Shown here: positions 18,155 through 26,759 of the stretch, piece after piece
Layout: each line of letters begins with the position of its first letter
How positions within the stretch are numbered: position 1 is the first letter of the stretch
NCBI GenBank assembly: GCA_037445065.1
Contig: JBBILD010000005.1
Location: 96,001-160,000 of the forward strand
DNA: 64,000 bases
Direction of reading: 5' to 3'
Source of the DNA: Myxococcales bacterium
GTDB lineage: Bacteria; Desulfobacterota; Binatia; HRBIN30
Notes under the pieces: model-generated
What the model saw: only the letters and a program-made list of their open reading frames with translations
What the model was told of the DNA's origin: nothing
Database searches by the model: none
Position numbers and translations under genes: made by a program

Positions 18155-18170
18155 TGGCATGCTTCGTGCT
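18155..18170 (+). promoter_or_regulatory. Sigma-54 (-24/-12) promoter
   Basis: TGGCATG-CTTC-GTGCT matches TGGCACG-N4-TTGCW with exact GG/GC spacing; intergenic, directly downstream of a bEBP gene. Confidence 0.7.
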
Positions 18171-18183
18171 GTGCTGGGTGCTG

Positions 18184-19320
18184 ATGATCGAGTCTCCAGA
18201 ACGCCCCGACTCGGATCTCCCCGAGGATCGCCCCTCTGTTCTGATCATTGACGACGAGCTTGGGCCATCTGAGTCTCTGCGCATGATCCTGTCCTCGTAC
18301 TACAACGTGTACCTGTGCCGCGATGGCCAAGAAGGGCTCGAGGCGTTGCGTCGGCACCCGATTGATGTGGTGACCCTGGATTTACGCATGCCGTCCATGG
18401 GCGGCATCGACGTGCTCAAGCAAATCAAACAAATTGATCCAGAGGTCGAAGTCATTATCGTCACTGCGTACGCGTCCCTCGAAACGGCGGTGCAAGGTCT
18501 CCGGTGGGGCGCCTTCGACTACATTTGCAAGCCGTTTGATGTGCCGCACATCGCCGAGCTGGTGGACCGGGCGATCAAGCGGCGCCGCGCGCGGTTGTAC
18601 GGGCGCCGCTCCCGCGAACATTTTTTGGGGAACCTTTCGCACGAGTTGCGGACGCCGCTGAGTGCGATCATTGGATACAGCTCGATCCTCGCCGAGGAGC
18701 TGGCCACGACGGCTAACCCAGAACAGCTCTCTGCACTCAGTCGGATTCAAGCGAACGCGGTGGAGTTACTCAACCTGATCGAAGGAGTGCTCATTCTGAA
18801 TGGGATTGACGCCGGGGAGATCAGTCCCAACATCGTGGACTTCGATGCTGTCGAGCTGGTCCAACACGTGCTTGGCCAGTTCGCCAACCAGGCAGAGGAA
18901 AAGGGGGTCACGTTGGCGACGAACATCGCGCAAGAGCATGTGTTCCTGCGCAACGATCCCAACAAGTTGGCTCGGATCGTGTGGGGTCTCATTGACCATG
19001 CACTAAAGTTCGGCAGCGGCGGCACTCTCACGGTTCAGTTAGAGCCGCATCCGACCAGTGGCGGCTTACGTTTCCTTCTACTCGACCCCTCGTCGAGCAT
19101 TGACGCCGCTGAACTCCAGCTCGCAATTGACGGCTACTTGCAGGACGACATCCGTGGGCGGCGGCGCGATCGCGGCTTAGGCATCGGCCTGCGGGTGGCC
19201 GTGCAGTTTACCCGCATGCTCGGGGGACGCCTGCGCGTGCGCCACCTCGAGCCGGGGGGGACGCGCCTAGAACTGCAGATCCCCAGTTGGGACCTGCACC
19301 GTAGCTCCTCCCTCCACTGA
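18184..19320 (+). CDS. Hybrid REC-HisKA-HATPase protein with degenerate ATP-binding boxes
   Basis: REC intact (IIDD, TLDLRMP, CKPF); 'LSHELRTPL'; N-box 'GLIDHALKF', G1 'DPSSS'; start set at ATG 18184 because earlier starts overlap the sigma-54 site. Confidence 0.85.
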   Translation: MIESPERPDSDLPEDRPSVLIIDDELGPSESLRMILSSYYNVYLCRDGQEGLEALRRHPIDVVTLDLRMPSMGGIDVLKQIKQIDPEVEVIIVTAYASLETAVQGLRWGAFDYICKPFDVPHIAELVDRAIKRRRARLYGRRSREHFLGNLSHELRTPLSAIIGYSSILAEELATTANPEQLSALSRIQANAVELLNLIEGVLILNGIDAGEISPNIVDFDAVELVQHVLGQFANQAEEKGVTLATNIAQEHVFLRNDPNKLARIVWGLIDHALKFGSGGTLTVQLEPHPTSGGLRFLLLDPSSSIDAAELQLAIDGYLQDDIRGRRRDRGLGIGLRVAVQFTRMLGGRLRVRHLEPGGTRLELQIPSWDLHRSSSLH

Positions 19321-19331
19321 GGGCCCAGCCG

Positions 19332-20036
19332 ATGGTCAAGCGTGACACAGCCCGCACCTGGATCGCCTGCCGCCAATGCGGCGTGGCTCAGCCGCTCCCC
19401 AACTCGGCCAGCCCCGGACCCGTTTTGCAAGAAATGGAGCAAGCTGCGACGTCGTTCCTCGATGCGCACAGCAAGCACTTGCTCATAACCCTGTTCCGTG
19501 TGGAGGAAGCTCCGGTGCTGGCGGACCGTCCACTCTGGGATCCCACGGCGCGGGTGACCGTTCAGGCCACCGACGGCCAAACCGACTACCTCATCACCGC
19601 CGAACGGCCTTCGGTAGAAGAACAACGCACCTACCATGTTTGCGAAGGACGCTTGCCACCGGTGCAGGTTGAAATCGAGCTGGTAACAACCGAATTTCGC
19701 AGCGCCCTCCGGAAGGTTTTTGGCACCCAGACCGAAGCTGCCGCGCTGCAGCGACTTGAGGCGGCAGTGCAGAACTTGGTGGCAAGTATGGATCCGACGC
19801 TGCTCGAGTCCGCCTTCGACGACCCCGACCATCCCAGCGTACAGTACGCAGATTGGCCAGATCCTTACCGAACCGATCTTTGCCTGCTGGGAAGGCGTTT
19901 CCTCCCAGAGTGCGTGGCACCAGCTTGGCAACGCTTCGTGGACGAGCAAGCTGTGGCTCACGGCGCGCTGGCGCTCAAGAAAGTCGCCCGCATTCAGCGT
20001 AGCTCCGAGGGAAGAAGTTTGCCCGCCCCCCTATAA
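19332..20036 (+). CDS. Hypothetical protein with N-terminal CxxC...HxxH (possible Zn-binding)
   Basis: 234 aa, 11 bp after the preceding gene; 'CRQC', 'HSKH'. Confidence 0.65.
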   Translation: MVKRDTARTWIACRQCGVAQPLPNSASPGPVLQEMEQAATSFLDAHSKHLLITLFRVEEAPVLADRPLWDPTARVTVQATDGQTDYLITAERPSVEEQRTYHVCEGRLPPVQVEIELVTTEFRSALRKVFGTQTEAAALQRLEAAVQNLVASMDPTLLESAFDDPDHPSVQYADWPDPYRTDLCLLGRRFLPECVAPAWQRFVDEQAVAHGALALKKVARIQRSSEGRSLPAPL

Positions 20037-20068
20037 CCTCTGGCCTCGCTGTGGTACCAAATGCGACC

Positions 20069-21280
20069 ATGCAATTGGGCCCGGCACACGCGACGGCTGA
20101 GTCTGTCCTCTCCCGGCTGCCTCGTTCGGCGCGCAGAATGTTCGATCAGGCTCTCGAGGGGCGAGCCCTCGGTCGCGCAGAGGCATTGGAGCTGATCCAT
20201 GATCCGAGTCCAGTGACGTACGAGGCACTGCTGGCGGTGGCCGGTACGGTACGCACCCGCGAGAAAGGAACGACAGTCACGTATTCACCCAAGGTCTTTC
20301 TTCCTGTGACCAATCTCTGCCTAGACCGCTGCTCCTACTGCACCTTTCGAGCTGACCCGGATGACCCACACGCATGGACCATGTTGCCAGAAGAAGTACG
20401 CGCAGTCTGCCGCTCCGGCCGTGCCCTCGGCTGCACCGAAGCCCTGCTCTGCCTAGGCGATCGGCCGGAACGTGTCTTTGCGAGCTACCGCTCTACACTC
20501 GAACTGCTCGGGGCGAAGAGTACGCCGGACTACCTCGTCCGAGTCAGTGAGTGGGCACTGGCAGAGGGGCTTCTCCCCCACACCAACGCCGGCTTGCTGA
20601 CCCGCGAAGAGATGGTCGCGCTTCGCCCGACCAACGTTAGCATGGGCTTGATGTTGGAGAACGTTTCTCCCCGTTTGCGCAGGAAGGGGCAAGCACACTG
20701 GCACGCCCCCGATAAAGATCCTGCCAAGCGGCTGCAAATGATCCGGATCGCTGGGGAACTGCGGATTCCCTTCACCAGTGGGATCTTGCTTGGCATCGGA
20801 GAGACGCGCACGGAAATCGTTGACAGCATTTTAGCCCTGGTCCATGTGCATCGAGAATTCGGCCATATCCAGGAGATCATCATTCAAAACTTCCGCGCGA
20901 AACCGAGCACCCGTATGGCCGCCTTCCCAGAACCAACGACCATGGAGATTGCTCAGACGTTGGCCGTAAGCCGCCTCCTTGCCCCTGACATGAACCTCCA
21001 AGCACCACCCAATTTGAACCCATACGATCACCGCGTGCTGTTGCGCGCAGGGTTGAACGACTGGGGCGGAATCTCTCCGCTCACTCCAGATTTCGTCAAT
21101 CCCGAGGCACCTTGGCCGCATGTGAAGGCATTGGCGGACCTTTGCTGGGAAGAAGGTTTCACCTTGCGCGCGCGCCTGCCAATCTACGACGAGTACATGG
21201 ATCGAGACGAATTCGTGGACCCAGCCTTGCGCGCGATCTTGCGCGCCAGACAGGAGCATCAAGGAGAGGCACGATGCTGA
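20069..21280 (+). CDS. cofG: FO synthase subunit CofG (radical SAM)
   Basis: 'VTYSPKVFLPVTNLCLDRCSYC', 'LPHTNAG', 'QAPPNL', 'NDWGGISP'. Confidence 0.93.
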   Translation: MQLGPAHATAESVLSRLPRSARRMFDQALEGRALGRAEALELIHDPSPVTYEALLAVAGTVRTREKGTTVTYSPKVFLPVTNLCLDRCSYCTFRADPDDPHAWTMLPEEVRAVCRSGRALGCTEALLCLGDRPERVFASYRSTLELLGAKSTPDYLVRVSEWALAEGLLPHTNAGLLTREEMVALRPTNVSMGLMLENVSPRLRRKGQAHWHAPDKDPAKRLQMIRIAGELRIPFTSGILLGIGETRTEIVDSILALVHVHREFGHIQEIIIQNFRAKPSTRMAAFPEPTTMEIAQTLAVSRLLAPDMNLQAPPNLNPYDHRVLLRAGLNDWGGISPLTPDFVNPEAPWPHVKALADLCWEEGFTLRARLPIYDEYMDRDEFVDPALRAILRARQEHQGEARC

Positions 21281-22518
21281 TTGCAGAGTTACGCCGTTTC
21301 CTTACCGAACCGCCTTCGCTCGCTGAGTCGTTGCAGCGAGCACAGCCCGGAGTTCGGGCTGTGCTGGAGCACGCCCTGGAGGACAAGGAGCTTTCCTTCG
21401 AACAAGGGATGACCTTGCTCGGGAGCGGCGGTCCTGATCTCGCCGCGCTCTTGCACGCTGCCGATGAACTGCGCCGGCGCGACGTCGGCGAGGTGGTCAC
21501 CTACGTGGTCAATCGGAACATCAACTTCACCAACGTCTGCTTCGTGGGCTGCCAGTTTTGCGCGTTCGCCCGGCACCGCAAAGACCCCGACGCGCGGACG
21601 GACAGCATCGAGCAGGTGCTCGCCAAGGTGGAGGAAGCGGTACAGGAGGGTGCAACCGAGATTTGCATGCAGGGTGGCATCAATCCTGAGATGGACGCCT
21701 TTGCGTACCGGGACTTGCTTCTCGCAATCAAACGCCACTTCCCCCAGATCCACATCCACGCCTTCTCTCCAATGGAGATCTTTTACGGGGCGCGCCGCAC
21801 GGGGATGAATTACCACGACTACCTGAGCATGCTGCGAGACGCCGGACTGGGAACAATTCCCGGCACGGCAGCAGAAATCCTCGATGACGAGGTACGCGAG
21901 GTCCTCAGCCACAAAAAAGTGGACGTACGGAGCTGGGTGGAAATCGTCACCACCGCGCACCGGGTCGGTCTTCGCAGCTCTTCGACCATGATGTACGGGC
22001 ACATTGAAAAGCCTCACCACATCATTCGCCACCTCGAACTTCTCCGCGCCCTCCAGAAAGACACCGGTGGCTTCACCGAATTCGTGCCCCTCCGCTTCAT
22101 CCATCCGTACACGGCACTGTACCAAAAGGGTCTCGTGAACCCGCCCCCCAAGGGAGCCCTAGATTTCAAGATTTACGCCGTGTCCCGCCTGATGCTGCGG
22201 CCGTACATCGTGAACATCCAAACATCGTGGGTAAAGCTCGGTACGGAACTGGCACAACTGTCGTTAGCAACTGGCTGCAATGACTTCGGTGGCACACTCA
22301 TGGAGGAACAGATCTCTAAGTCAGCGGGTGCCGACGCAGGTGAGTACCTGCCCGTTGCAACGATCCGCAGCTTGATCTTAGGCATGGGCCGCATCCCCAG
22401 GGAGCGAACGACTGTTTATGGAATCGTGGAGCGCGAATGTCCCGAGGCGCCGCTACGCGGTGCTCGCTGGCGGGGTGGGAGCGGCCCGCTTGCTGCGGGG
22501 GCTCTATGCGCTCGTTGA
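21274..22518 (+). CDS. cofH: FO synthase subunit CofH (radical SAM)
   Basis: 'VVNRNINFTNVCFVGCQFC', 'PGTAAEILDD', 'IQTSWVK', 'NDFGGTLMEE'; AAGGAG SD. Confidence 0.92.
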   Translation: MLIAELRRFLTEPPSLAESLQRAQPGVRAVLEHALEDKELSFEQGMTLLGSGGPDLAALLHAADELRRRDVGEVVTYVVNRNINFTNVCFVGCQFCAFARHRKDPDARTDSIEQVLAKVEEAVQEGATEICMQGGINPEMDAFAYRDLLLAIKRHFPQIHIHAFSPMEIFYGARRTGMNYHDYLSMLRDAGLGTIPGTAAEILDDEVREVLSHKKVDVRSWVEIVTTAHRVGLRSSSTMMYGHIEKPHHIIRHLELLRALQKDTGGFTEFVPLRFIHPYTALYQKGLVNPPPKGALDFKIYAVSRLMLRPYIVNIQTSWVKLGTELAQLSLATGCNDFGGTLMEEQISKSAGADAGEYLPVATIRSLILGMGRIPRERTTVYGIVERECPEAPLRGARWRGGSGPLAAGALCAR

Positions 22519-23380
22519 CCCCAACGCTCTTACGGTCATTGTCAACACCGCTGACGACGATGAGTTTTACGGCCTCCACGTGAGTCCCGACGTGGACACC
22601 GTGCTTTACTCGCTGGCAGGGCTCGCACCCGTCAAAAGGGGATGGGGGATTGCCCACGACAGTTTTCATTGCCTGAGCGCACTCGAGAAGTATTACGGGC
22701 CTGCCTGGTTCCAGCTTGGCGACCGGGATTTGGCGACGCACCTCTTCCGGACCGACGCCTTGCGCCGGGGACGTACGCTCACCGAGGTCACACATGCCCA
22801 AGCCCGAGCACTTGGCGTGCGTTGCCGCGTGCTCCCCATGAGCAACGAGCGGGTCCGCACCTTCGTGCGCACGCGTGAAGCAGGCTGGCTTCCTTTTCAG
22901 CGCTACCTCGTCCACCATTCCGCCACAGAAACGGTCGTCAACATCCGCTTTCGCGGGATCCGCCGCGCCCGCCCGACGCAAGCGGTCGTGCGCGCACTGC
23001 AAAATGCCGATTGGATTTTTCTGCCCCCGAGCAACCCGTTCGTGAGCCTCGGGCCGATTTTTGCCTTACCCGGGATCCGCGCACTTCTCGCCGGCAAGCG
23101 CAGGCGGGTGATCGCCGTGAGCCCGATCGTCGCGGGGGAACCAGTGAAGGGACCGCTGCATAAAATGCTCTCCGGCTTGGGTCACGAGGTCTCGGCTTAT
23201 GGGGCCGCGAAACTCTTACGGCCCGTGGCCCATTTCTTCGCCCTCGATCGGCGCGATGCTAGCGAGGCCCCCCGTATTGAACGTTTGGGCATGCAACCCA
23301 TCGTGACGGAAATCCTACTGCACTCTGCGGAACGGTCGCGCAACCTCGCCGCCACTTTGCTCGAGCTGACCCGTCCATGA
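22418..23380 (+). CDS. cofD: 2-phospho-L-lactate transferase CofD/FbiA
   Basis: 'LAGGVGAARLL', 'VNTADD', 'SPDVDT', 'WFQLGDRDLATH', 'PSNPFVS'. Confidence 0.93.
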   Translation: MESWSANVPRRRYAVLAGGVGAARLLRGLYALVDPNALTVIVNTADDDEFYGLHVSPDVDTVLYSLAGLAPVKRGWGIAHDSFHCLSALEKYYGPAWFQLGDRDLATHLFRTDALRRGRTLTEVTHAQARALGVRCRVLPMSNERVRTFVRTREAGWLPFQRYLVHHSATETVVNIRFRGIRRARPTQAVVRALQNADWIFLPPSNPFVSLGPIFALPGIRALLAGKRRRVIAVSPIVAGEPVKGPLHKMLSGLGHEVSAYGAAKLLRPVAHFFALDRRDASEAPRIERLGMQPIVTEILLHSAERSRNLAATLLELTRP

Positions 23381-24129
23381 GCTTGGTCCTGACACCCTTA
23401 GCTGGCCTTCCTTCGATCGAACGCGGGGCGCCGCTGGCCGCACTCCTCTGGGAGGCCCTCCAGCGCGCGGGTGTGGGCCTGGTCACCGGGGACATTGTCG
23501 TCGTTTGCCAGAAGGTGGTCTCCAAAGCCGAGGGACGCGTAGCGCAACTGGCCGGGGTCGAACCATCGGCCCTGGCCGTTCACTTCGCCGAGCAATGGCC
23601 TGGCAAAGATCCACGCCTCGTCGAACTTGTACTCCGCAACACCCGACGCGTGGTCCGGATGGATCGGGGTCACTTGATCGTAGAAACGGGCCCCGGGTGG
23701 GTTTGTGCCAACGCCGGCATTGACGAATCGAACGCGAACTGCCCGGGCGAGGTCGTGCTCTTACCAGAAGACCCAGATCGCTCTGCGGCCAGCTTACGCG
23801 AGTTTCTCGAGGCCCAAAGTCAGGCGCGGATCGCGGTGCTGGTTACGGATACTTGGGGCCGCCCGTGGCGCGAAGGAATCCTCGACTTCGCCATCGGCCT
23901 TTCCGGTATGGAGGCGCTGCTCGACTTGCGTGGCAGCAAGGACCTGCGAGGGCGCGAGCTCCAGCACACGATTTACGCTCAGGCGGACGCCTTGGCCGCC
24001 GCGGCCGGCCTTCTGATGCGGAAAGATAACGGCGTGCCGGCAGTCCATATCCGCGGGTACTCCTTCGCCCCGGCGTCTGGGTCGGCCCGCACCCTCATTC
24101 GCGACCCGCAGTCCGACCTGTTCCGTTAA
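23377..24129 (+). CDS. cofE: Coenzyme F420-0:L-glutamate ligase CofE
   Basis: 'QKVVSKAEGR', 'CANAGIDESN', 'LPEDPDRSA', 'TDTWGRPWR', C-terminal 'DLFR'; ATGA overlap with cofD. Confidence 0.93.
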   Translation: MSLVLTPLAGLPSIERGAPLAALLWEALQRAGVGLVTGDIVVVCQKVVSKAEGRVAQLAGVEPSALAVHFAEQWPGKDPRLVELVLRNTRRVVRMDRGHLIVETGPGWVCANAGIDESNANCPGEVVLLPEDPDRSAASLREFLEAQSQARIAVLVTDTWGRPWREGILDFAIGLSGMEALLDLRGSKDLRGRELQHTIYAQADALAAAAGLLMRKDNGVPAVHIRGYSFAPASGSARTLIRDPQSDLFR

Positions 24130-24625
24130 GCCCCGCGACCAGTGAGGTCGCCTATGTGCGCTGTCGGCGACCGGTGGCTACGAGCGGCCTGCGGAGGCGA
24201 AGCTGCGGGCAAACCAGACAACCCCCCCGACGATCATCCATTCCAGCCGAAGACGGGAACCCGTACGCGTGCAGACAACAGGAGCAAGTGCTCGCCAGCG
24301 CACAAGCGGAGCCGCGCGCCCCGACGGTCGCTCTGGCGCGCCAGCAAGACGCACGGTCCCGTTAATGGCGCTGGCGAACGCAACGCCCGTTAGATGACCG
24401 AAGACGCCGAGCAGCGGCGCAACGCCGCTCGCGCTACGGGCACGATCCGAATGTTCCCAACGTCCGAGCCAATGCTCGCCGGCCAATGGGAGAGATTGCC
24501 CGAGGTCGCACTCGTGCTCATCGCGCCAGAAGCACCCCTCGCCCAGCGCGTTGTCGGTTCTTACCTGCCTCCCCCAAAACGCACCACTTGACATTGTCAC
24601 CAACGGCGGGCGTGAGACGACCGGA

Positions 24626-26161
24626 TCACACGGTCTGCGGAAACCACCTTCCTCGCGCGGCCACGATGGATGCCGCGGTTCGATCCGCCAGCGCGGCGGT
24701 GGTGATTTGTGGCGGCGCCCCGAGCGAAGATGGGAACACGCTCATGTCGGCCACGAACAAGTTCTCGAACCCGTGGACGCGACCGTTCGAATCAACCACT
24801 GCCCAGCTTGGGTCCTCTCCCATCCGCAAGGTTCCCTGCGGATGGGTCGAGGCCAGCGGGATCTCTCCTTGCCGGCAGCCACGCGCCTCGATCACGCTCA
24901 GGTCGGAGCCCGGGCGCAAACGCAGAGGGGCCTCGAAGTACGGAACCAACACTTCCCGCGCACCGCTGGCGAACAAGATCTCCGCACAGTGCCGCATTCC
25001 CTCGGCCATCAGACGCTCCTCTTCAGGTCTCAACCGGTAGGAAATCAGCGGCCTCCCCTTCCGATCCACACGCACTCCGCCCTCCGACTGGTCATGCAGC
25101 AACACGAGGATCCCGACCATCCGGTGGTAGGAACGCATGATCTCCGCATGGGCACGCCCAAAGCCCGGAAGTTGCGAAGCCGTAAGCACAGGAAAGCCAA
25201 AGATCGGCATGATCACGTAACCGCTGTCCGGATTGTGTTCGAGATCGATGAACTCATCCACGTAGTAACTCTGCGGGATACCCAGATAGCCGTGGATGTC
25301 CTCGTCGTATAAGCCGGCGAGCAACACGCTCGGGTGTAAGTGAAGGTGCTTGCCGATGTGCCCACCCCGCACGCCACTGCGGAGCAAGATCTGCGGCGAA
25401 TTGATCGCCCCGGCGGAGAGCACAAACAACTCCGACCGCACTGCGAAGCGAGCGCGGGGCCGCCCATACACGTCCACCACTTGGCCCGTAGCCCGCTGTA
25501 CCCGCTCTCCCGCCACTTCCAACTGCTCCACGGCGCAGTTGGCAAAGATGCGCGCACCTGCGCGGTCCGCTGCCGGAATGTACGTGAGCGCCATGCTCTG
25601 TTTGGCGTCAAACGGGCACCCGAGGATGCAAAAGCCGCTGCCCACGCAGTTTTGCCGATTGTGCTGGGCGACCACACCGTGATAGCCGAGCTTCTCGCAC
25701 CCCTCGCGGATCTTCCGGTTCAGGGTGTTCACCTGCGCTTCCGGAATCGGCTGTACTTTGAGCATGGTCTCCACCCGCTCAAAGGAGGGAACGAGATCGT
25801 CGTATCGCCAGCCGATACGCGCCTCTCTCCGCCACTTTTCCACGATCGGGGGCGGCGTGCGAAAGCAGTAACAAAGGTTGTGCACGGTCGAGCCGCCGAC
25901 GTTCTTCCCTTGCAGAATGACGACGGACTGGTCTTCGGTAGCGCGCTGGCCCATCTCCTCGAAGAGAAGCGGCATCATTTCTTCCTCGCGCTGCGTAAAA
26001 TCTTCTTTTGTGTAATACCCTCCCTGCTCGAGGACGACCACATCGAGGCCAGCTTCTGCCAGCTCTTTGCCCACCACCGCGCCGCCAGCACCAGAGCCAA
26101 TGACGCAGACCTGGCTGCGCAACTCCAGATCCGACTCGATGTCGCGGAGGGTACGGATCAT
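24626..26161 (-). CDS. GMC family FAD oxidoreductase
   Basis: 'VIGSGAGG', 'GGSTVHN', 'CVGSGFCILGC', 'HPQGTLRMG', 'PPQIT'; ATG 26161 overlaps the upstream stop. Confidence 0.9.
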   Translation of the reverse strand: MIRTLRDIESDLELRSQVCVIGSGAGGAVVGKELAEAGLDVVVLEQGGYYTKEDFTQREEEMMPLLFEEMGQRATEDQSVVILQGKNVGGSTVHNLCYCFRTPPPIVEKWRREARIGWRYDDLVPSFERVETMLKVQPIPEAQVNTLNRKIREGCEKLGYHGVVAQHNRQNCVGSGFCILGCPFDAKQSMALTYIPAADRAGARIFANCAVEQLEVAGERVQRATGQVVDVYGRPRARFAVRSELFVLSAGAINSPQILLRSGVRGGHIGKHLHLHPSVLLAGLYDEDIHGYLGIPQSYYVDEFIDLEHNPDSGYVIMPIFGFPVLTASQLPGFGRAHAEIMRSYHRMVGILVLLHDQSEGGVRVDRKGRPLISYRLRPEEERLMAEGMRHCAEILFASGAREVLVPYFEAPLRLRPGSDLSVIEARGCRQGEIPLASTHPQGTLRMGEDPSWAVVDSNGRVHGFENLFVADMSVFPSSLGAPPQITTAALADRTAASIVAARGRWFPQTV

Positions 26162-26715
26162 GACACAGTCACCAACCGCGGCGACTTCGGCGGCCGCGGC
26201 ACCCACGGGCCGCGATATCCGATCGCGGCCCACGTTGCTTCCTGCGAGTAGTACCCGAGCGCGCTCAAGTTCTTCAGTGCACGGAAACCGAGCCGCGCCC
26301 AGCCCATCCGGCTCCGCTCCCACGCTTGCAGCAGGCGGTCTTGCCCATTCGCGTCGAGCGCGGTGAATCGCTGCAATCGCCACAGCATCCACGGGGGACT
26401 CCACTCGAATACCCGCAGCAACCACCGGAACTGCGTGCGCTGAACATCATCCGCAAAGGCAAGCACCCAGTCCACGGTTTCCACCGCGGCTGTTTCCCCG
26501 ACGGGTGGCAACGTCGTCTCGTCTCCACGCATCATTCGCTTGATCACGGCACGAAGAATGTTGGCTTCCTTCTCACTCAGTACGTGCAAGGTCCCCCTAG
26601 CCCCGAGGGCCGGGGCCGCCCCAAGCAAGGGCGGCCGAAGCCGGCTCAGCGCTAGCAGCCCCGCTGACACAGCGAGGTATTGCAAGAACGTACGCCGGGT
26701 GACCTCGGACATCAT
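26158..26715 (-). CDS. Tat-signal gluconate 2-dehydrogenase subunit 3-like partner of the GMC enzyme
   Basis: 'TRRTFL' twin-arginine motif; 'RFTALD', 'GYYSQEATWAAIGYRGPW'. Confidence 0.8.
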   Translation of the reverse strand: MMSEVTRRTFLQYLAVSAGLLALSRLRPPLLGAAPALGARGTLHVLSEKEANILRAVIKRMMRGDETTLPPVGETAAVETVDWVLAFADDVQRTQFRWLLRVFEWSPPWMLWRLQRFTALDANGQDRLLQAWERSRMGWARLGFRALKNLSALGYYSQEATWAAIGYRGPWVPRPPKSPRLVTVS

Positions 26716-26759
26716 CCACCTTGCTATCACGCAGGCACAAGAACCGCGAGCGTCTCGGC

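Noticed and set aside
24142..24591. In-frame TAG between the 83-aa and 65-aa ORFs as possible read-through or pyrrolysine
   Set aside because: The upstream ORF has no protein-like features and no pyl genes are present
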